DNA of 18,274 nucleotides. It comes from Candidatus Aenigmatarchaeota archaeon. Lineage in GTDB: Archaea; Aenigmatarchaeota; Aenigmatarchaeia; Aenigmatarchaeales; JACQIB01. A model generated the notes under the pieces. The model was not told where the DNA came from. It saw nothing but the letters and a program-made list of their open reading frames with translations, and searched no databases. Each line of letters starts with the position of its first letter. The first letter of the stretch is position 1. This document shows positions 8,023-16,478 of this stretch, piece by piece. The stretch is from assembly GCA_046760225.1 (NCBI GenBank), contig JBHIDR010000017.1:1-18274 (forward strand), written 5' to 3'. A program made the position numbers and the translations under genes.

Positions 8023-8057
8023 ACCTAATAGTAATTACAATCAGGTAGTATATAAAA
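8023..8057 (-). promoter_or_regulatory. TATA box plus 24-bp imperfect palindrome (putative operator) of the asparagine module
   Basis: Minus-strand TTTTATATA at 8049-8057; ACCTAATAGTAATTACAATCAGGT (8023-8046) matches its reverse complement at 20/24 positions and lies between the TATA box and the SD. Confidence 0.65.
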
Positions 8058-8075
8058 GTTGCTGTTTCGTGGGAA

Positions 8076-8092
8076 TGGCGCCCGGGACAGGA
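8076..8092 (-). repeat. Detached 3' fragment of tRNA-Asn (att-like direct repeat)
   Basis: TGGCGCCCGGGACAGGA is 16/17 identical to 9213-9229 (TGGCGCCCGCGACAGGA), the last exon of the intron-containing tRNA-Asn. Confidence 0.8.
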
Positions 8093-8113
8093 TTTTCTAA
8101 CCTCTGAAAGGAT

Positions 8114-8362
8114 TTATAATTGGACAAGATTTCTAATACCTACTTCGTTTACGAGGTCTCTCCAGGAACGCGAACCCTTAACACGCCGCTTATAGAACCT
8201 AGGTTTTTTACCCTTGGGATAGCGTATAGCATACTCGTTAAAGAAGTCAATAATCTTAATGTCTTCCCCCTTAACATAAGGCCCTTCGTTTCTTATCCTA
8301 CTAGCAAATTCTTTAGGGTCATAATATTCACAAACGTGAGTGCCCCAATCTATTCTTTCCAT
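8114..8362 (-). CDS. Hypothetical protein (82 aa)
   Basis: ATG-started ORF, co-oriented with and 34 nt downstream of the protease-like gene; no motif recognised. Confidence 0.65.
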   Translation of the reverse strand: MERIDWGTHVCEYYDPKEFASRIRNEGPYVKGEDIKIIDFFNEYAIRYPKGKKPRFYKRRVKGSRSWRDLVNEVGIRNLVQL

Positions 8363-8396
8363 ATAATCACTATTATTAAGTAGTTTTTTAGATTAT

Positions 8397-9155
8397 TTAT
8401 TTCTTTCCTTTATTCTTTCGTCTTTCAACTAACTCGATATAGTCCTCATCCAGGACAACTTTGAATTGAGATAAGACATCCCAACCCAGTATCATATGTG
8501 GAAGAAGGTCGATTACTAAAGTACCTCGTTTTACACTTTCAAAGCGTCTTTGATATTTTCTGATGAATTGGCATTGCTCATTGTTGAGCCCTTTAGTGTC
8601 AAAGATTTTGAGAAGGTCCATTGTGACACCTTTTTCCAAATCACTACAATAACGCCTGATATCACTCGAATAATAAAGTGACGTAGCAAACCTATCTTCA
8701 AATTCCTCTGCTAATCGAGGTAAAAATCCAATACCCCCATCAATATCAACAGCAAACTCAAATGTGTTTATATATGGAATAGAGGCGCACGCAGCTTTGC
8801 CGTTTTCTCCTTCTATCCTTACTCTCAATTCAGCGTCATAGGTACAATGGTAAAACCTTCCCCCAAGACCAGACCCATAACCTTGTAGCTTTCCTTCTTC
8901 AAGTCCCAGCGCGGTGCGAAATTCTGGGGGTAGAAGCGTGACTGCACCGCCAGTATCCATAAGTACCTTGTCGAATAAGATGTCGTAGCTATCATCCGTG
9001 AATGGTCGCTTTACTACTCTTTTATCTAGATTACTGGGGACAGATATCAGTATATCTGGCTTGCGCATGTTTCTACTTCTATGGTATAGACCAATTTTTC
9101 CGGACATGAGATAGCCGTTCCGAATCTGTAACTTGGCACCTTCTCCCTCACTCAT
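8397..9155 (-). CDS. Retropepsin-like (clan AA) aspartyl protease-like protein with a large insertion
   Basis: VLMDTGGAVTLLP catalytic motif, Gly-rich flap GYGSGLGG and terminal ILGWDVLSQFKVVLD; TTTAAAT upstream at promoter spacing. Confidence 0.75.
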   Translation of the reverse strand: MSEGEGAKLQIRNGYLMSGKIGLYHRSRNMRKPDILISVPSNLDKRVVKRPFTDDSYDILFDKVLMDTGGAVTLLPPEFRTALGLEEGKLQGYGSGLGGRFYHCTYDAELRVRIEGENGKAACASIPYINTFEFAVDIDGGIGFLPRLAEEFEDRFATSLYYSSDIRRYCSDLEKGVTMDLLKIFDTKGLNNEQCQFIRKYQRRFESVKRGTLVIDLLPHMILGWDVLSQFKVVLDEDYIELVERRKNKGKK

Positions 9156-9212
9156 AATTATTACTTAGAAGTAAAAACATTTAAAGGTAACCATAAAGGG
9201 ATAATTAAATTT

Positions 9213-9351
9213 TGGCGCCCGCGACAGGAATCTCACCTGAGTTTTGAACCTTTGGCCTGCTATTGATCATTGCCAACACCATGTGACCTCCCGGTTAACA
9301 GCTTCGCCTGGGTTTAACCCATCGGACGCTCTTCCCCTGAGCTACGCGGGC
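9213..9351 (-). tRNA. tRNA-Asn (GUU) with three introns (30/31, 50/51, 59/60)
   Basis: Removing 9322-9303 (20 nt), 9282-9252 (31 nt) and 9242-9230 (13 nt) gives the 75-nt cloverleaf GCCCGCG TA GCTC AGGGGAA GAGC G TCCGG CT GTT AA CCGGG AGGTC ACAGG TTCAAAT CCTGT CGCGGGC G CCA; each junction forms a BHB-type motif. Confidence 0.9.
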
Positions 9352-9496
9352 ATTAATAAAGAATTGATGCCATTTAATAAAAAACTTGCAAAAGAGCTTG
9401 AAATGATATTTTACGCTTTACCCGGTTAAAAGAGTTAAATATCAACATTTATATACTGGTAAGTAGTAATTTATTATAGGATAAGGTGGTTAGCTG

Positions 9497-11479
9497 ATGG
9501 TAGAAAAAGGCACTAAGAAGAATAAAGAGCACGTTTTAGAGAAAGTTTACAGGTCATTAAAAGACAAGGGCATGTCAGACAAGGAAATTGACAGCAAGAT
9601 GCACGCGGCAATGCTTCTTTCATATGTCGGTGCTACTTACAATGTTATGGACCAGAAGAGCCTGCCCACTCCGCTTTTCAGGGCAAGGTGGAAGAAGAGG
9701 GACAAGAAAGTGGAAGTGGAGATATTAAAGGGAAGGCCAAAGGTCCCGATACCTGATTCAGTTGAGATCAATGCACTTGACCTGGTGCTTGCTCACCAGA
9801 TGAGGGACATACCCCTCCTGTGGCTGGGCGAATCAGGCACAGGAAAGACCCATGTTACAGAATGCTTTTATGCCACAATAGCCAGGCCGGAAAACATATA
9901 TTCCCTGACACTTGAGTCAGGACTGACAGGAAGCAGTGTTCTTGACCCGTTTACCCGGGGCGTACAGGAGGACGGTATGTCTAAATTGAAGATTCTGAGG
10001 GAGTCTCTTGACCAGTATATCGGGATTTTCATTGATGAGCTAACAAGAGGAGATACCAATGATATCATAAAAATTGTTGATGGGCTGGTCGTGGCAGGTT
10101 CTGAAAGGGGCAGATTAGGAATACCCATACCTGAGTTAAAGCAAGGAAAGCTCGAGTACGATGGAAGAAAGAAGAAAATGCAGGTAGTGGGTGCAGCCAA
10201 CCCCCCGAACTCAAGGTACAGCAGGGCAATAGACCCTGATGATGCCATAAAGCAGAGGTTCCAGATGTATGATTTCGAGAGCATTGCGCAGAGCGCAGGC
10301 TCATCACTGTGGAGAACAGACCCTGTTGAAGGCGGCCATGAGAAATTCATTGACCTGTTCAAGAAAAGGACATCAGAATATCTTGGTATTGACAAGTCAC
10401 TCTTCGATGGAATAGAAGATGACTGGGTCAGCCTGTATGCATGGATAACCGATTCCGAGAGGACAAGCAAGGACCAGATATACAGCGCACTTGAGTTCGC
10501 TGACATGCTGGGAGCGGCTATGTCACAGGGCTACAGCGCTACAGCCCAGGAGGAGCAGGACGAGCTGGAAGCATGGAGCAACATGCTTGAGAACGAGTAC
10601 GGCATAAAGTTCGAATTCAATTTCGCTGTCAGGGAAGACAGCGATGAGGTAAAGAAGATATACGAAGTTGTAAATTCCATGAGGGAGCCCCTTGTGCCCA
10701 GGGACATTGTAAAGGTAAAGAAGATGGCTGATGCAATAAAGACAATCAGGGAGCTCAAGACGTCCTTCTCCAACAGCGATCCTTTCGAGAAATACATGGA
10801 TATCCTTAGTAAGGAGGAAAAGAGGGCAATCACAATAGCTGATGTTGCATATTCTGCTGTCCTGCTTACAACCAGCAAGCAGAAAAGGGAGGAAGGCATA
10901 GAGTACCCGGACCCCTCAGACCTGGTAAACAAGACAATCAAGCAATACCTGGAGCTCGAGGAAGCCTACAAAAAGACCTTTGGAGTCAAAGTTGGCACCT
11001 TTGATTTCAATGACCCGAACAGGGGGATAAAGAACTTCGCCCTCAGCCAGGCAGTGCATGGTGCAGTGAAAATGGGAAGAAAGGGCATAAGGAACACCAA
11101 GGACGAGGAAGTTGTGGCAGCAGGTGATTATTCCTCTGCTCTGATATACTCCTTGAAGGAACAGGTAAAGAAGCTCACAGGACTGAAGGACGACAGCAAG
11201 CCAATGAGAAACATCATGCTCGCAAACATAATAGGAGACCTGACAACCCTGGCAGGTTTTGTGGGGATATATTACAAGGATGATGTCAACAAGGCAATAG
11301 CAAGCAAGGCAGACGGCTACTTTGACGCGAAAAAGAAGGACCCCAAGTACGGCGCAACCCACAAGAACGTCCTGCCAATAGAGGACGCCATAAAGGACGT
11401 CTATGACAAGAAGCAGAAGGAGCAGGCAATCTTCTTCCCAGACTACTTCGAGCACAGGCTCCTGAGGCTGTTCAGGTGA
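9497..11479 (+). CDS. MoxR-like AAA+ ATPase with a long C-terminal extension (660 aa)
   Basis: Walker A GESGTGKT, Walker B IFIDELTR, sensor-1 VVGAANP, arginine finger DAIKQRF; SD AGGTGG; near a vWA gene as usual for MoxR. Confidence 0.85.
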   Translation: MVEKGTKKNKEHVLEKVYRSLKDKGMSDKEIDSKMHAAMLLSYVGATYNVMDQKSLPTPLFRARWKKRDKKVEVEILKGRPKVPIPDSVEINALDLVLAHQMRDIPLLWLGESGTGKTHVTECFYATIARPENIYSLTLESGLTGSSVLDPFTRGVQEDGMSKLKILRESLDQYIGIFIDELTRGDTNDIIKIVDGLVVAGSERGRLGIPIPELKQGKLEYDGRKKKMQVVGAANPPNSRYSRAIDPDDAIKQRFQMYDFESIAQSAGSSLWRTDPVEGGHEKFIDLFKKRTSEYLGIDKSLFDGIEDDWVSLYAWITDSERTSKDQIYSALEFADMLGAAMSQGYSATAQEEQDELEAWSNMLENEYGIKFEFNFAVREDSDEVKKIYEVVNSMREPLVPRDIVKVKKMADAIKTIRELKTSFSNSDPFEKYMDILSKEEKRAITIADVAYSAVLLTTSKQKREEGIEYPDPSDLVNKTIKQYLELEEAYKKTFGVKVGTFDFNDPNRGIKNFALSQAVHGAVKMGRKGIRNTKDEEVVAAGDYSSALIYSLKEQVKKLTGLKDDSKPMRNIMLANIIGDLTTLAGFVGIYYKDDVNKAIASKADGYFDAKKKDPKYGATHKNVLPIEDAIKDVYDKKQKEQAIFFPDYFEHRLLRLFR

Positions 11480-11493
11480 GAAGGTGCATGATG

Positions 11494-11865
11494 ATGAACT
11501 ATAACAAAACAATAAAAACAAACATTGAAGACCTCACACCGGATGAGTTTGTAATAGATGTGGATAAGAAGGAGAAAAAAGACAAAAAGCCAGTAAAGAT
11601 AAGAAAAAGGAGAAGGCTCAGAAAGGGTCATGATGAAGGAAACGTTCTCAGGCTTGTTGAGAACTTTAATTACGTTACAAATCTTAAGGACGAATATAGC
11701 GGTAGGTTTTTTGACTGGGAAGATGTAATAGAGAAAACTACACGTCATTGGGACTACAGTATTGAGGACGCAAAAGAGACAGCAAAGAGACTTGAGAGCA
11801 GGCCGTACAGCTCAATTTACGCTTTCTTTCTCACCAAGAGAAAGACAAATAAAAGTGGTGCATGA
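11494..11865 (+). CDS. Leader-tagged hypothetical protein 1 (EDLTPD-type leader)
   Basis: MNYNKTIKTNIEDLTPDEFVIDVDKKEKKDKKPVKIRKRRR...; SD AGGTG at 11482; start could be 11488, 11491 or 11494; ATGA overlap with the next gene. Confidence 0.8.
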   Translation: MNYNKTIKTNIEDLTPDEFVIDVDKKEKKDKKPVKIRKRRRLRKGHDEGNVLRLVENFNYVTNLKDEYSGRFFDWEDVIEKTTRHWDYSIEDAKETAKRLESRPYSSIYAFFLTKRKTNKSGA

Positions 11866-14105
11866 TTATGGCTAACATAGACAGAGGTATAAATGAAGCA
11901 GAAAAGATATTCAGGGGCACAATTGAAAGAGAGATGCCTCTGTTCAAGAACATCGAAGTGAACAGGAAGTGGAAGAAGCCTTTTCCAGGCATGTACTGGA
12001 TGTTCTCCATAGGCAAGAAGAAGCCAACAGACGAGAAGAACCTGATAAATGCCTGGGTTTTCAATCCCAAGGCACTTGACAAGGCCTTCAAGGATGTTGT
12101 GAACCTCTATAACAACAAGAAGCTGATGGGAACAGGCGAGATTGAAAGACTTTACAGCCTGAAGGGCCGCAAGATAGACAAGGAGCACTACAAGGAGAAC
12201 CTCATGCTCATGGTGCCCACATACCTGTTTTTCCATGAAATAAACCACAAGGACATACCTTTCGGCAGGGAGGACGAGAAGAAGATTGACAAGGCGCTCT
12301 ATGAAGCAATAAGGGAGATCTGCCCGAATGAGAGCAGGGCAACAACTGTTCTGAAGGTCTCTGGTTGCAGGAACATGGTCTGGGATTTTGGTGATGATAC
12401 TGCCTTTTTCAAGGAATGGAAATATGACAGCCTGGGAGATACACTGAGGGACGAGATCAAGAACTATGGTGTTGCGCTTGACGGAACCAAGGTTGACGAC
12501 CTTCCTGACGGCACAATACCAGTATGGGATGTTATTGAACTTCATAGGTCTGACCAGCCCCTTAGCAAGACAAGGGGTGATGCTACTGCATCATGGGCCA
12601 TGAGCAGGATCATGTACAGCATGCTGTTCGCAGACACAGACACACTGAGGGGCAATCTTTTCAAGATGTTCTATGATGCCATGCTCAAGTCACCTGAGGC
12701 AAGGAGAAAGGGTATACGCAAGGACGGTGTCAGGAAAAGGGTAAAGGACGCCTTCAAGAACATGGCAAGAATACAGAAGAAGGACGTTATTGATGTTCTG
12801 AATGTTGATGGTTCTGAATTTGATGTGAAGAAATACTGCGCTGCAGTTGACGACATGTATGACAACATGATGGACAAGGCATATGTCAAGGACAGGGACT
12901 ATGTCCTCAAGTGCATAACAACCCTGATATCAGACGACAAGAGCAGGTACGAGTCCCTCAAGGGATTCATAAAGCCCTTTGCAGACATCCTCTCAGCCCA
13001 GATGTCAAGTGCAAGGGGAGAAGGAGAAATAGGTTCTGGATCTGTTTCCTCAGCACTCGAGAACCTGCTCGAAGAACTGGACCAAGGCGAAGCAGAGCAG
13101 CTGCTTCAGGACGTGATGAACGAGATGGGCGATGAAAATCCATATCAGCCTGGTACTGGTAGAGGCAGGGGAAGAGGCGGCGACAGCCCAAGACATGGCC
13201 TTGACATGATAGCAATGGACGAGTACTACAAGAAGAACCGCTACAAGATTGATGTAAAGAACCCCTCTTACAAGGACGAGGTCGTTGATGCAGGTGTGGA
13301 ACAGGAATGGGTGCTAAAAAGATCTTCAAAGATTACAGATGAGCAGAGATTAAGGTATATGAATAAAATAGAGAGGCACCAGAGGACTGTTGGTCCCAAG
13401 CACCCTGTCTTGATTGAGCGAGGAAAGGGCATATGGACCCTTAATGAATACGAAGTCAAGGAAACACAGCTCATCACAACCAGGACAGTCTCAACAGGAA
13501 TAGAGGTGCCTAAAAACATTATATTCATCCCTGACTGCTCAGGAAGCATGTTCACAGGAATCGGCTGGGGTCATGGTTCAGGAAATTATGCTGGCTCAGG
13601 CTTGCCATATGACGAGCTGAACAAAGTTATCTATGGTGTGACCGAGGCACTTGTTAATGCAGCCAGCAAAATGAAACAGAAGGTGCATGGAGCTGCTGCT
13701 CCGTTCTCCAATAGCACAAGATGGAGCGGTTTCCATGACCTTGCAGAATCATACAAGACAGCTGACAACCCGTTCAAGCAAATGCTCCACACACCTGAGG
13801 AAGGCGGGACATACCTTGATGCAACTGTCTTTGACAGGGCAGAGAAGGAGAAGGAAAAGGGCAAGACAGCTTACATAATCATAACTGACGGTCAGCTTGA
13901 TGGAGGCGATTCAGTGCTCCAGAAGATGAAGCAGTATTCCAAGAACAAGGACAATGCATTCATTTATATTGAAATCGGCGGAAGCTCAGATTTCGGAGGA
14001 GAAGTAAAGAAATTCGCAAAAAGGCACAACAATGTCAGCCATTACATCGAGAACATCAGCACGCTCGGAAAGAGGCTCGAGAGCATACTGATAAAATATG
14101 GGTGA
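11862..14105 (+). CDS. HEXXH metallopeptidase-like + C-terminal vWA (MIDAS) domain protein (747 aa)
   Basis: FFHEINH then RNMVWD in the N-terminal part; Gly/acidic linker (GTGRGRGRGG); MIDAS IFIPDCSGSM...EGGT...IIITDG. Confidence 0.85.
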   Translation: MIMANIDRGINEAEKIFRGTIEREMPLFKNIEVNRKWKKPFPGMYWMFSIGKKKPTDEKNLINAWVFNPKALDKAFKDVVNLYNNKKLMGTGEIERLYSLKGRKIDKEHYKENLMLMVPTYLFFHEINHKDIPFGREDEKKIDKALYEAIREICPNESRATTVLKVSGCRNMVWDFGDDTAFFKEWKYDSLGDTLRDEIKNYGVALDGTKVDDLPDGTIPVWDVIELHRSDQPLSKTRGDATASWAMSRIMYSMLFADTDTLRGNLFKMFYDAMLKSPEARRKGIRKDGVRKRVKDAFKNMARIQKKDVIDVLNVDGSEFDVKKYCAAVDDMYDNMMDKAYVKDRDYVLKCITTLISDDKSRYESLKGFIKPFADILSAQMSSARGEGEIGSGSVSSALENLLEELDQGEAEQLLQDVMNEMGDENPYQPGTGRGRGRGGDSPRHGLDMIAMDEYYKKNRYKIDVKNPSYKDEVVDAGVEQEWVLKRSSKITDEQRLRYMNKIERHQRTVGPKHPVLIERGKGIWTLNEYEVKETQLITTRTVSTGIEVPKNIIFIPDCSGSMFTGIGWGHGSGNYAGSGLPYDELNKVIYGVTEALVNAASKMKQKVHGAAAPFSNSTRWSGFHDLAESYKTADNPFKQMLHTPEEGGTYLDATVFDRAEKEKEKGKTAYIIITDGQLDGGDSVLQKMKQYSKNKDNAFIYIEIGGSSDFGGEVKKFAKRHNNVSHYIENISTLGKRLESILIKYG

Positions 14106-14109
14106 TTGA

Positions 14110-14973
14110 ATGAGAGAAAGAACAGTAAGAAAACCTATACCAGACGCAACCGACATGAAAGAAGTAGAGGAGAGTATAAGGAAGCAATCTAAGAAAAGAA
14201 AAGTAAAGAAACTAAAGAGGAAACCTCAGCCAATACCTTCTAACTTGGTCCCAAGGAATGAGAAGTATTATAAAGCATGGGTAGATTACTTCAGGCACTT
14301 CAATGCACGTGACCCTGAAATCATGGCTGCCTTAATTGACTTTATTAAATTTTCATGTAGAGGCATAGATATAGGTGCAGTGAATAAAGATACTTTCATC
14401 CAAACCCTTAAAATTGTAGGAAAAGAGGACGAGGCAATTGTTTATGAAAGCTTGAGAACTATTCCAAGCGAATTCAACCTTACTGATGTTGCTCTTACCC
14501 AAATGGGCATCATAGCTTCAGAATTTAGAAAAAAGAATGTAACAGATGTTAATGAAGAACTTTTTCATTATACAAGTGATAACCTCAAATTTTACATAAC
14601 TCCATATATACTTGCAAAATGGATGACTGAAGGGACAGCAGGAGTATATCTGGCTTTGCTGGATTCTCTTGATGAAGATTATCACTTGGAATTTGAATGG
14701 AAAAGGAGAAGCGATCCAGAGTATGATTACAAAGAATATAATAAATTCAAGAAAATCAGCTCCAAATTAAGAAATCCAAAGACCCTTGCGCCGTTTGTAA
14801 AGGAGGGCAAGGATGTTACAGCTTTCTTGAATGAGTACACAATTATGTTTAAGGAAATAAGCAGAATGAAGAAATCCAACCATGATTGCGGTCATGAGCC
14901 TCATAATCCTCGGGGGACGTCGTATTGTAGAGCTTGTAAGATGCTAGACAACTTTTACAAGGAGAAGAAGTGA
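14110..14973 (+). CDS. Leader-tagged hypothetical protein 2 (PIPD-type leader; C-terminal Cys/His cluster)
   Basis: MRERTVRKPIPDATDMKEVEESIRKQSKKRKVKK...; ends HDCGHEPHNPRGTSYCRACK; 4 nt after the vWA stop. Confidence 0.85.
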   Translation: MRERTVRKPIPDATDMKEVEESIRKQSKKRKVKKLKRKPQPIPSNLVPRNEKYYKAWVDYFRHFNARDPEIMAALIDFIKFSCRGIDIGAVNKDTFIQTLKIVGKEDEAIVYESLRTIPSEFNLTDVALTQMGIIASEFRKKNVTDVNEELFHYTSDNLKFYITPYILAKWMTEGTAGVYLALLDSLDEDYHLEFEWKRRSDPEYDYKEYNKFKKISSKLRNPKTLAPFVKEGKDVTAFLNEYTIMFKEISRMKKSNHDCGHEPHNPRGTSYCRACKMLDNFYKEKK

Positions 14974-14977
14974 TTTT

Positions 14978-16477
14978 ATGACAAAAGAAAATACAACCTA
15001 TGGAAGAACAGTGAGGAGACCCATACCAGACTATGCAGACCCTGATGTGGAAGAAGTAGATGTAAAAGCAATTGTCGGCAAGCCAAAGCCCAAGAGCAGC
15101 TATTCTGCACCAGCACAGGGTGACCTGGGGCAATACATAAGTAACATTGAAAAGGTCCTTGATGCTCTTGAACAGACAGAGACAATGCTTGGCAGGTATC
15201 CTGAGGACTTCCCTAGAATAACAAAGGCTAAAGCAGAAGAAATACTGAAGAGGGACGAATGGAAGGGCATTATGAAGGACTACAGGGAGATTGAGCTTCT
15301 TGAGGCTTCTATTGACGAGCATGTAAGTAGGGGTGATGATTACAGAATGCTGGCAAAGGCACCGATCATTGATACCCGTATAGGCCTTGATTACAACCCA
15401 TCCACAAATGCAATAAATCTTTCAAATCTAGTGGTGCAGACAAGAACCATACCCCGAGGAATTGATACTTTCATGAGGATTTTCCTGAAACAGGCAAAGA
15501 AGAACAAAAAGGCCACTGTTTCCTTGAGGTATGGAAAAAAGACAGAGCAAAGGGAAAAGGAAGTTCCAGGAAGATTCTGGGGCACAAAGAAGGTCAAGGA
15601 ATATGTTCAAGTTGTAGACAAAGGAAAGATAGAAGGCATAGTTGTCCAGTATGATGATGCAGAGATTGATGTAAAGTTTGAGGAAAAGCATGGTGACAAG
15701 AAAGTCTCTTTCAGGGGCTCCATATCAGAGCCGAACAAGGACGAGAACATTACTCAGCTCTACAAGTGGCTTTTTAGGTTCGACAAGACAACATACGAAG
15801 ATATGGTAAAGAATATCCATGATATATATGAGAAAGGAACAAAGCTCGAGGAAAAGCTGCACAAGGACAAGAACTACAAGTCAGTGCTCAAGCTTATCAA
15901 GGACAACATACCAGAGGACAAGATACCGGATGTGATAGAGAAGAGGAACAAGATCATTGGGAACAAGGGCAGGCTGGAGGAAAATCTTGAAGGCCTTTAC
16001 ATCCCATGCGGGGATATAGTTGCCACAAACATCTCTGTTGACAATTACGGAACAATCAAGATATCAGCTAAAGGAAATTGTAAGAACATATCAGCCAACA
16101 AATACGTGGATGTTCTTGAGGCGCTCATGGAAAAATATGCAATTGAAGGTGAAATCCATACAGAAAAGGACAAGGATAGTGTTTACTACAAGATATTCAC
16201 TGAAATAAAGGATGACCAAATGAAAACGAAGAAAGGACCAGTTTATAGCTATAGTGGCTACAATTACATGGATAGTAGCGAATCAGATTACAGCAGAGAC
16301 AAAGACAATGAAATCAAATATCTCAATGTCAGGAAAGCTGAGATAAAATTCCAGACAGAGGACGTCAACAGCAAAGGGGAAATAAAGTACGAGAATGGCA
16401 AGTTCTCCTTTTTCATCAGGACAAACCCCGAGCATATCGATGATTTTAAGGATATACTGCACACACCGGTGAAATGA
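14978..16477 (+). CDS. Leader-tagged hypothetical protein 3 (PIPD-type leader, 499 aa)
   Basis: MTKENTTYGRTVRRPIPDYADPDVEEVDVKAIVGKPKPK...; long ORF 4 nt after the previous stop; body not recognised. Confidence 0.85.
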   Translation: MTKENTTYGRTVRRPIPDYADPDVEEVDVKAIVGKPKPKSSYSAPAQGDLGQYISNIEKVLDALEQTETMLGRYPEDFPRITKAKAEEILKRDEWKGIMKDYREIELLEASIDEHVSRGDDYRMLAKAPIIDTRIGLDYNPSTNAINLSNLVVQTRTIPRGIDTFMRIFLKQAKKNKKATVSLRYGKKTEQREKEVPGRFWGTKKVKEYVQVVDKGKIEGIVVQYDDAEIDVKFEEKHGDKKVSFRGSISEPNKDENITQLYKWLFRFDKTTYEDMVKNIHDIYEKGTKLEEKLHKDKNYKSVLKLIKDNIPEDKIPDVIEKRNKIIGNKGRLEENLEGLYIPCGDIVATNISVDNYGTIKISAKGNCKNISANKYVDVLEALMEKYAIEGEIHTEKDKDSVYYKIFTEIKDDQMKTKKGPVYSYSGYNYMDSSESDYSRDKDNEIKYLNVRKAEIKFQTEDVNSKGEIKYENGKFSFFIRTNPEHIDDFKDILHTPVK

Positions 16478-16478
16478 T

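Noticed and set aside
9244..9429. 61-aa plus-strand ORF in the track
   Set aside because: Lies antisense to the three-intron tRNA-Asn and its promoter; spurious.
9868..13864. Long minus-strand ORFs (212, 201, 242 aa and others) and 4201-4920
   Set aside because: Antisense shadows of well-supported genes, with no recognisable motifs.
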